A stretch of 64,000 nucleotides of DNA from Hydrolagus colliei (taxonomy: Eukaryota): assembly GCA_035084275.1 (NCBI GenBank), contig CM068747.1, forward strand, positions 19,158,001 to 19,222,000, read 5' to 3'. Shown here piece by piece: positions 54,315 through 64,000 of this stretch. Within the stretch, counting starts at the first letter, position 1, and the number at the start of each line of letters is the position of its first letter. The translations under genes and the position numbers were made by a program. Under the pieces are notes generated by a model that did not search any database, was not told where the DNA came from, and saw nothing but the letters and a program-made list of their open reading frames with translations.

Positions 54315-55327
54315 AAAAGTGGCAGCAGCTGTATCAAGCCACAGGAGATATAACAACAGATGATAACAACTATGACAACAGATCTAAGTTATTCCACAAT
54401 ATATTATAAACAAGACATTGATATAGGGGAAAAAAAATTAGTCAATAGAATGGATTGCAATGACATTTCCCCTCCTGTTCTTATTAACTCTCAAAGCTAA
54501 CATTTCCTTGATTAATTCAATGCTAACATTTTCTTCACCAGCAAAGTGATCAGTAAATGCTGGGTAATGGATTTCAGTGCCACTATCATCACTGCCACCT
54601 AAATCAACAGTACATACACAGGGCAACAACAACAACAAAATTACACTCGTATAGCGCCTTTCATATCAGGAGGACATCGCAAGGCGCTGGATACTCATTG
54701 TTTCAGGGCAGTGCTGGTACTGTACTAAGACTTGTCCTATATCGTGAAGGGTTTTTGTTATCATAGCTTCCTATAAGTCACAGTTATAATTAAGATACAA
54801 GTAAGAATTTGCAGTTTATTGTGAATGCATGACACAGTTATTAGATTCAAAGCACAAGCTAGCCCAAAGTAAAATAATGATACTAGTCTTTGCTTTTGAT
54901 ATATAACATATTAAGTCAAATGTCTTGAAGCACTTCCAAGTTTCTGACTTTGAAGTGCATTTCTAGATAAATACAATAGCCAATTTGAGCACAGCAATAT
55001 CCCACAAACAGCCATGAAGCAATTTTTATTTGGTAGATTGTTGGCCAGGATACATGTTCAGTAAAACTCTGATAACTCATCATCCCAAGGGAAATAGCGC
55101 AAATGATTACTTATCAGAGTTGACTAGTTATCTAAAGTACAGTATCTTGAAAATATTCAAATAGGTAGGAAATTGATTGATTGACTAGTTATGTGGAGTT
55201 GACCACTTACCCCAGGGCTAAAGTTTCACTGTAAGTCCATTTACAACAGAAATTCAAAGTGCAGTAGCAAAGCTGGCTGTAATTTAATATTTGTCTCATA
55301 TTTTCTAAAGTGCATCTTGTGCGTAGT

Positions 55328-55873
55328 TTTGTAGCTCGGTGGTTAGGGCACTCGCTCACCAGTGAGAGACCCGGGTTGGGATTCCTGGCAACAACAACAG
55401 CAAAATTGCATGGATAGAGCGCCTTTCACGTCAGGAGGACGTCCCAAGGCACTGAACAATTAGGTCAGGATTCGAGCAGGGGTGGGGAGGTGGGCAAAAT
55501 GGCAGGGCAAAATGTTGGCACATTTCCTTACTCCACACACCTATGTTTACCTAGCAGTAAGAACCTGTTTGTTAGTCAATTGGCAGATCACTTTTCTGGG
55601 ATAATAGTCCCTTGAAAAAAACGTAACACTAATAGATTGGTCACTTCAATCCATGAATATTTGTGGGACACTGCTGTCACAATTGGCTGCTGTGCTTCGC
55701 CCACAAAATATGCAGTGAATTCACTTTACAATATATTCTGTGAAGCATTTTGAGATGTTTAGAGTAGTTATGGAAAGGGGAAAGAACAATTTAAATTATA
55801 ATATTTGTTGTAGTCTATGACTTTATGACTGTCTTGAACTGGTGATAATATATTAAATGCAAGGATTATTATT
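55328..55873 (+). mobile_element. Long-subfamily SINE with an antisense L2 tail (about 55390-55500)
   Basis: cctggca|(CAA)n L2 tail...|ggcagggcaaaatg. Confidence 0.82.
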
Positions 55874-57039
55874 AGAGTATTGAATTAACAGTACGATCAA
55901 AATACAGTTTCAAGAATATGGATAATGATTTTATGTCCTTCATGACAATCAGTTTTTTTAGTGGGTAATGTTAAGAATAAGATGTGATTGAACAGATTAT
56001 AATTTCTGTTGCGTGGGGTTTAAAGAAAAAAATATTTGGAATAATGTAGAAAGTCAAATAGTTGTTACTTTATTACTGTACATAAGAAAATATTAAAATA
56101 TTCAACTGTATTACTGGTTGGCTGTTCATTACATGGGCAGTGACTGCACTTGCTTTTCACTCTGACTAGATCAGGACCAATTAAAGCCAGGACATATTAA
56201 ATGTAGCCAGAATTTGATTAGTCGGAAGATGCTAGGATTTTACAGTAGATGGATAGTGCAGGCAGACACCAAACCAGATTCTGGAGGAGACTGCTTCAGA
56301 TGCTGGAGACTATCGGAAGGGTGACAAATGAGAAAGAATCCATCAAATCCATTACTAATCTGTGCTTCACTCTCCGAAAATGATTCCCCTTGACTCAGAA
56401 AAAGAATGGCATTTTCTGGCGAGGTGTGAGTAAGGACAGGAAAAGGCATGACTCATTTCACACGGTTTCACTTAAGCAGAATTGAGATATGTGTCCGTCT
56501 GCCTGGCTTTATTGCAAGGTAATTGAGCATTCTGGCACATTTTCCATGTATTATATTGTTTCCGAAGACCAATCAAAGTCATTCATTTCAGCTGAAATAT
56601 TGTGATATTTCAAAACAGATGAAGAATTTTAATAAGGAAATGTTAAGCATTCTTTTAACTCAATCCATATTTGGCGCAGCATTCTTACACACCAACTTCT
56701 TTTCAACATACTCAGACCCAGGTGGGTCTTTTGGCCCAGGTGATGACCTGGGCCAAAAGAAAAGTGCGGACATTTTTGCAACTAATTGTGGCGCACTTTG
56801 CAGGTCTGATGAGAAATTACGGAGACCTCTGCTGAAATTTGCAGTAAATTGTGGGAGTTAACTGGTGCTATTAAGGTACATTTTACTGCTACATTTTTTC
56901 GCTCTGTTGATTAAAAACTAAACATAAGGAAATAACACATATTAGATTGTTGCAAAAAGAAAATGATTAATTGCTTCTTTAACAAAAACTGGGTGGACTT
57001 TTCTCTGCCTTTCAGAGCCGTCCCCTGAGACCCTTGATG

Positions 57040-57316
57040 GAGACACACTCTCATAGACACAGAGAGAGACACACACACAGAGACACACGCATATAGAGAC
57101 ACATACACACAGAGACACACACACAAATAGAGAGACACACATTCGAAGAGACACACAGTGACTCATCGACAAAAAGAGACATCCACACACAAACAGAGAG
57201 ACACATATTCACACAGAGATAGTCATAAACACACGCACAGACAGACAAACACAGACAGAGAGATATATTCGCACAGAGATACTCATAAACAAACACAGAC
57301 AGACAGAGACAGACAG
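57040..57316. repeat. Degenerate compound (CA)/(GA) microsatellite
   Basis: Directly visible; runs into the gap. Confidence 0.9.
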
Positions 57317-57537
57317 NNNNNNNNNNNNNNNNNNNNNNNNNNNNNNNNNNNNNNNNNNNNNNNNNNNNNNNNNNNNNNNNNNNNNNNNNNNNNNNNNNNN
57401 NNNNNNNNNNNNNNNNNNNNNNNNNNNNNNNNNNNNNNNNNNNNNNNNNNNNNNNNNNNNNNNNNNNNNNNNNNNNNNNNNNNNNNNNNNNNNNNNNNNN
57501 NNNNNNNNNNNNNNNNNNNNNNNNNNNNNNNNNNNNN
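57317..57537. other. Assembly gap (221 N)
   Basis: Run of n. Confidence 0.99.
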
Positions 57538-57766
57538 GGCTCCCAATACAGTCCATTTGCTGCTTACATCCCACTGTGCAGGTGGGTCCGGAGCCATTCC
57601 GCCCACAGTGTGTCAGGTGTAGAGCGCTGGCGGCTCGGGGGCTGATTCCGCACTTCTCCACTGGCCCAGGTTACTGCTCATGGAGTGAAAATCTCCAATT
57701 ACATTCATGTTTTTTTACTGTATTTTCCTATTGAGGGCAGGAATTTAAGATAATCACAAAATCGCT

Positions 57767-58290
57767 ATAATAATAATCCTTGCATTTGATATCGCGCTTT
57801 ACATGCATTCTAGACAGTAACAACAACAAAAGTACATTTGTATAGCGCCTTTTATGGCCAGGGAGGCCAGGGACGGGGCGAGGTGGCGGGACTTCAGGAT
57901 AGAATTCCAGAGATTGAGGGAAGAATGACTGAAGGCTCTTTTGCCAATGGTTGGGCGGGTGGATCGGGGGACATGGAGCAGGCCAGAATCCGCTGAATGG
58001 AGGTTGGTAAGGGGATAGGAGGTCATGGATGTAGGGTGGGGCAAGGTTGTAGAGGGCTTTAAATATGAGGACCAGGATCCTGATTTGGATTAAACGTCTC
58101 AAAGCGCTTCATAGAATATACTGTAAAGTGAATTGACTGTAAACTTGTGGGCGAAACACAACAGCAGTGTCCCACAAACAGGCGTGGATGTGGAGTAATG
58201 AAACTTGCCCAAGATTCGTCCTGCCTGGAATTGAACCCAGATCTCATGCCTGCAAGGTGAGTGCTCTAACCAATGATCTACAGAACTCTA
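57767..58290 (-). mobile_element. SINE containing an L2 3' fragment (about 57816-58092)
   Basis: SINE tail broken at tagac|, resumes at acgtctcaaagcgc. Confidence 0.85.
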
Positions 58291-58589
58291 CTACAGGAGT
58301 AGAAATTATGTATCGAACAGAATAGCAGAAATATTTCTTACCTCTCAGTATCCTTTGAATAAATTGTCTGCTCGTCTCAAAGAGTTAAAGGCTTCATGTA
58401 ATTGGGAATATCCCTCAGGAACCTGTCTATTGGCAAGTTGAAATACTGTATTCTGCATTCTAAATGAATCATAAATTTTCTTTCAAAATCCCTATTTTGT
58501 AAATCGTAGTACATATCTTACTGCAGTATTTCATAAACAGTCATAAACTGAAAGGAAGGTTAGAAAGAAACTCTTCACCTACACAGTAC

Positions 58590-58957
58590 AGTGCAAATCA
58601 ATAAGACAGAGGCTCTCTTAATTGGCTCACGCCAGTGCCTTCACAGGCACTGGCAGCATCAACCTCCATGCTCACCAAGCCAGTCAGGAACTTAGGTGTC
58701 TTGTTCAATCCTCAACTGTCTTTCCTCCCCCACATTCAAGCCATGACCCGTTCTGCCTTCCCTCACTTCTGCAATATTGCCCGACTCTGCCACTAGTTTT
58801 CCCTCAAGCTGCTGAATCCCTCATTTATGCCTTCATTACATCCAAGCTCGACTATGCCAACACCCTGCTTGTCCTGAAATATTGACTGTCCAGCGCCTTG
58901 GGACGTCCTCCCGATGTGAAAGGCGCTATACAAATATAATTTTGCTGTTGTTGTTGG
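58590..58957 (+). mobile_element. Internally deleted L2 3' part
   Basis: AAESLIYAFITSKLDYAN fused directly to the L2 tail. Confidence 0.85.
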
Positions 58958-58989
58958 TGTGATAACCCCAGGAACATTAATGCTGAATC

Positions 58990-59480
58990 AGGAGCAGGTT
59001 TGGTACTGGTGAGACATAGTGCAACCTATAAGTCTTCTTCCCCCGATGGTTGGTTTCAAAGTTAATTTGGTACTGATTGTGGCATTTTTGCTTACTTTAG
59101 TTTTCTCTTCTCCAAACATTTTCTTTTTTTTGAGGTTGGAACTCCAAAGAATGTGTTCATTTAATGATAAAATGCCCTTCATACGCAGCCAAGTACTTCA
59201 TTAGCCCGAGTGATGGCAGCCTCACATTGATTGGATACATTCACTGAATGGTCAATAATCCTTTGAGAAGCATTTTCATTTTTCATCTTTGCTAATAGAT
59301 GCTTCATCATGTATGTGTTTCATATTTCTTGTTCCAACATCTATTATCTTATATTTATCCTCATGGAAATCCATTTATCATTCTTACCTTTCCACACAAT
59401 GATTCTTCGCCTTGAAGTTATTTTGACCTTCAAATCCATCCTGGAATTGTACTCCACTGAAAAATAACGGGATCGTTTTT
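58990..59480 (-). mobile_element. Ancient CR1/L3-like RT fragment
   Basis: Minus strand reads IIDHSVNVSNQCEAAITRANEVLGCV, resembling CR1 VDxKLNMSxQCxxAAKKANxILGCI. Confidence 0.6.
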
Positions 59481-60164
59481 GGAACCTAGCAATATGTGAT
59501 GTGAGTTCTGATCTTAAACACTTTTCCAGTAACTCACCTGAGCTGTTGATTACTCTTCATGTAAGGCAATACTTCATGGTGTCTGTCCTCAATTTGCTGT
59601 TCACAGCCCTGTTGCTGACTTGGCAATTCTGAAAACATTCAGGAGGATTTTCCCAACAAAAGTATCATCGAAATAGACAGATTCTTCACATGAAATGGTT
59701 GGTGTTTAAATACTGTTGTCATCCCACTTGTCTATAAAACAACATCTGTCACATTGACTATGCATTCCTTTCGCAATAAAATTAATTCACTGTAGTGTAT
59801 CACATATGCATACCAGAGTACTTAACAAAAACAACAACTAAATTACATCTCTGTAGCATTTTTCACGAAGGAAGGACATCCCATATATACATGTTTGAAA
59901 AGAGATGTATCACAAAGAATTTCAAGTTGTTTCATTTCTTCTTGGCTCCTCAGTAGGTTACACAGATAATTTTTTAATGTAAATGTTGCATGTGAAGATT
60001 ATTATTTTAACTCACATTAAATATAAGCATTAAAATGCAGGTTCTTTATGCTTTAAGACTATTGTATTTAATTTTAACTTTTACTACAGTGTGGAAGGAT
60101 TTTATTAATAACTCGCTGTACCATTTGAAGCTACCTTGCAATCAAATGATCCAATATAGAATGT

Positions 60165-60272
60165 AAAACAAAAACAGAAATCTCTGGGAACACTCAGCAG
60201 TTCAGGCAGCATCTAAGGAGAAAGAAAAAGTGAGTCAGTGTTTCAGGTCCACGACCCTTCGTCAGAACTGCT
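60165..60272 (-). mobile_element. Penelope-like terminal repeat with a degenerate hammerhead ribozyme core
   Basis: Minus strand reads CTGACGA-AGGGTC-GTG-GACCT-GAAA followed by gatgctgcctgaactgctgagtgttccc...ttctgtttt. Confidence 0.65.
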
Positions 60273-60699
60273 GGAGTTGCAAGTAGATTGGACTGGATAA
60301 CTGCTTTGTCAGAATTCCGATATAGAATTTAGATTGACACACAGACAGACACACAGACAGATATTTCATCTTTATACTCATTTGGGAGGACATCTGTGGG
60401 AGGACTCATTTTGGCCATGCTATTCTTTGAGTGGGTGACTCATTTTGGCTTGCTATTACCTTTTAGCATTGAAGCGCAGCCGAGCTACTCTTTGTTCTTC
60501 AGTTTCATTTAATGGTCTTTTATGTAAAAATAAGAATTTTTACTTATTCTTGAAAGGTTCAATTTTTGCTTAGACATCGTTATCATGTTAAATATAAATG
60601 TATAATTTATAATCGCTGGGACGTCCTCCTGATGTGAAAGGCACTTTAAAAATGTCAATTTGTTGTTGTTGCTGCGGTTTAGCTTTGTTTGTGTTCTTT

Positions 60700-61315
60700 A
60701 TTTGGTTCCCGCGCCACTTGGCTATGTACGTGCCACAGGCTCCACGTTTGTGCTATTCCATCCATGAGAGGATGGAAGAGCAGAGGCAGCTGAGTGGATC
60801 CCCTCAACTTTGGATTTGAGGAAGTCCAGTATTGCCTCACAGTTGGCATTAAAAGTGAGGATGGGCACGACATGAGGGAGTGGGTGGAGGAGCCGGTTGG
60901 TGATGGAGAAGAGGATTCTGGGTTTGCCCTTGGACTTCAAGGTTATCTTGTAGTAGAATGACAATTTAGCGGAGACAAGGGCAGAATTGTAGGATTTGAT
61001 AAATTCCAGCCAGATCTACCGATGGACTGTTAAATTTGATTTAACCCAGGTGGGTTCAGTGTCATGCACCTGTGCTTTAAGGGAGTGGAGGTGGTTGATG
61101 TACCACAGTGACTTACGTGAGTAGGAGAGAGTACGGGAAGTGAAAGGAGTAGTGGAGTCAAAAGTGATGGAGAGGAAGTTGTGGAGGATTGACCGAGGTT
61201 CCCGGAGGAAGCCCAGTGGGGCAGGAATTTAGATGACTCCAAGGCAGCAGAGTGAGAGGTGAGGGAGACATTTTTCAAGGGGCGGTAGAAGATGGGAAGT
61301 GGGTTGGGTGGTGGT
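60700..61315 (-). mobile_element. L2 ORF2 upstream fragment
   Basis: FYYKITLKSKGKPRILFSITNRLL, similar to the 2939-3235 peptide. Confidence 0.8.
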
Positions 61316-61525
61316 GGTTCAAATCTAGAATGTATTGCCTGAAAGGGTGGTGGAAGCCAATTCGACTTAAGAGGGTAGATAATTATTTAGGAAAGACAAG
61401 TTTGTAGGGTTATGGGCAGAGTGGAGGGGAGTTGGGATTGATTTGGGTAGCTCTTTTCAAAGAGCTGGCACAGACACGATGGGCCGAATGGCCTCCTTCT
61501 GTGCTGTATAATTCTGACTATGATT
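61316..61525 (+). mobile_element. CR1 3' end
   Basis: aagagctggcacagacacgatgggccgaatggcctccttctgtgctg. Confidence 0.85.
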
Positions 61526-61804
61526 TGTGATCGATACCTTGGGCACACAGTGAACAACCATGCATGTTTAAATGTCTGTAACCCCCTCTCATTAAAAATA
61601 GCACAGAGAATCCCTCTGCAGAGTAAATGGCAATAGCTGGGCGTTAAATTATAGGAATTATCTTAAAGATAACGTAATAAATAAGTTTAGGCATCTGTCT
61701 GCAGTCCATTCTTTACCAGCCACAACTAGCTGCATTCTCTCCAGGCACTCTATTGATGTACATTTGTCTGTCAGTGACTAATAGTCATAGTCAATATTAT
61801 TATT

Positions 61805-62033
61805 ATTACTCCACACGCCTAATAATAATCCCTCCAAAAAAAACAATAATAATAAAATTGGTCATTTCAATCCACGACCGTTATGGGACACTACTGTGTG
61901 CAATTGGCTGCCACATTTCACCCACAAATATACAGTCAATTCACTTTACAGTGTATTCTGTGAAGTGCTTTGAGATATCTGTCTAGAAAATGTGAAAAGC
62001 ACTATATCAAATGCAAGGATTATTATTTTTATT
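61805..62033 (+). mobile_element. 5'-truncated SINE
   Basis: Family core and tail. Confidence 0.88.
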
Positions 62034-64000
62034 ACCTTCCATCTTTTACATGGATATTTATTGTATGACTTAAACTCTGACGTTTTTAAAATAATACCTA
62101 AAAACAGTTTCCAAATAATATCTCAAAATTTGAGAATCCAAGTGCCACAGGACAGGACCAAAATTTATTAATTTTCAGTGTGAATATTATTAATCAGCAT
62201 CAAATGCCGTCTCGATAAGACATTCAAACACTCCGAGATGCTACCCTGTGTGGAGAGTGCTATATAAGTGCAAGGTGTTGGTGTTGTTTGTGACATCTGT
62301 TCATGCAGCCTCAGTTACCCAGGTAACAGATTCCAGCAGGTGTGAAGAAACATTTTTCAGGATAAGTAAATCTCAACATGAACTACATTTATGCCCAGTT
62401 TTGATTCAGAAACATCAGAAAGTCAGTAGGCAATCCTTCCCTTTACCTAGCTTGGCATCAGGTCCTCTCTCCAGGACATCGCTGATGTTGCAAAGATCAG
62501 GTAATGAGAACCAACAGGCTACCATTAAGAACGCTTGGATCAGTACAAAATGTTTATTAATCACTGGTGTACAATATGCAGAAGTTTCTTTAAAAAGAAA
62601 ATTGGAAGTACCAGTACATCATACCGATTTGCAGGAACGATGCTCAAATTAAATTTACTTGAGTGGACTTCCTGTGAGTTAATTTGATAGCGAGCTAAAT
62701 AAATACAACTTGTTGTTGATACTTAAGATATATTTTGGGTGTTACTCAGTTACCTATATTCAGGAATCTCATCAGAAATTACCAATCCGAAATAGTGTAT
62801 TTTTAATAGGAGCTTTTTTTTAAAAAAAGTCCTCTTCCCCTTTTCTATCGCACTTTTGATCACCTTCCACCCTTTGCCAAGCTTGCACTTCCAATCAGAT
62901 CTTTCAAGTCAGGAGGACACCTTAACAGCACTTGACAGCTGTGGCCCATGTCCTCTACAACAACAACAAAATTACATTTATCGAGCACTTTCAGCGGGCT
63001 CCAGCCTGCTCCATATCCCCACCCAACCTGCCCTACCATCGGCAGACGGGCTTCCCCCATACTCTGGAACTCCATCCCACGGACTCTTTGCAGTCCAAGC
63101 CTGCCCAGGTTCCCCGACTGATTTACAACTGTCCTTCAGAGAAGGAAATTTTCCATTCATACCCAGTCTAATCTACATGCAACTCCCGTGTCATGCTAAG
63201 TGGTTGACTTTTAACCATCTGATTCAGAGATGGGCATTAATGCTCACATCCCGATACATCTCTGAGATGTTAAATAAGCTGGGACCTCATAGCATCAATC
63301 AGAAATAAAGAGCAAGTAAATGTTACAAGCCTTGCTGCAATTAAACATTTAACAATTCATCAGTATATTCAACTCGAAAAACAGTCTTTGCTGAGATATT
63401 TCTGGAAACTATGCCTGGAAGATCTACTGTAAATCGTCTGATGTTTAAGTTGGAATAAGTTCAATTGAAAGCACAACACAATACTTTTACTTTATGATTC
63501 TTTGAGGTATATATTATGAAATATATCATTAGAAATAGTGCACAAACATATAGAAAGGCAAATCATTCTGCCTTTATTGCCATTTAGCAGCATGGTGTGG
63601 AATGATTCTCCAAGAGTACAAGTTAATTAGGTGTGACAAATGAAATGGCACACCCATTTGTCACCATGTTCAATAGCTATCAATCACACCAGCTTCAGGT
63701 GCAATTTATTGTGAATGGTAGCTTAGCTTTTTATTTGTAGTTTTTGTCAAAAACACGTTTGTCAAAAAGAATCCCTGAAGCCACAAATTTATATTAAATA
63801 CATTTTTATAAAGCCAAAAAAATACCTTTTCTATTTAAGAACCCCCACTTTCAGGTAAAACGGATATGTTTAACTGTGAATACAGTAAACAATTATGGTA
63901 CAATGATTCAGGATAAAAATCTGAATTTTGGTTAGTTGTCAACATGGGAAAACCAATAAATTTCCAACTCTTGACAAATGTAAAAATAAAATATTGTCAG

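Noticed and set aside
57158-57661. ORFs spanning the microsatellite and N run
   Set aside because: Artefacts of low complexity and the gap.
60310-60470. Possible Helitron-like end with repeated gactcattttggc
   Set aside because: No clear terminal hairpin or CTRR end; too little evidence.
37748-64000. Search for DPP10 exon 4 (DVVYKS.NGHVIKLN-like)
   Set aside because: No matching exon found by eye; intron 3 probably extends past the window.
1-64000. CRISPR array or prokaryotic-type system
   Set aside because: Recurring short sequences are dispersed SINE and LINE tails; there is no repeat-spacer periodicity and no operon-like ORFs.

Overview
Vertebrate genomic DNA, AT-rich and mostly intronic. 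The repeat content suggests a cartilaginous fish, possibly a chimaera (inference). The only host coding sequence I can support is two internal + strand exons of dipeptidyl peptidase-like protein 10 (DPP10, Kv4 channel auxiliary subunit): 30138-30252 (transmembrane exon) and 37652-37747. The rest is intron, filled with a tRNA-headed SINE family (about 25 copies or fragments), older Deu-type SINEs, L2 and CR1 LINE fragments, Penelope-like fragments and TA-flanked Tigger/pogo-like MITEs, plus one assembly gap. None of the ORF-track entries is a host gene; they are LINE fragments or low-complexity sequence. I found no convincing new gene system. The strongest leads are: a candidate 23-nt microexon upstream of exon 2, an ETS-CRE promoter motif, a 70-bp fold-back with a template-switch signature, a SINE-L2-SINE chimera, repeated L2 insertions into SINEs, a multi-level TE nest, covarying 3' stem-loops and a decayed Penelope hammerhead ribozyme. 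Repeat boundaries were read by eye and are approximate.
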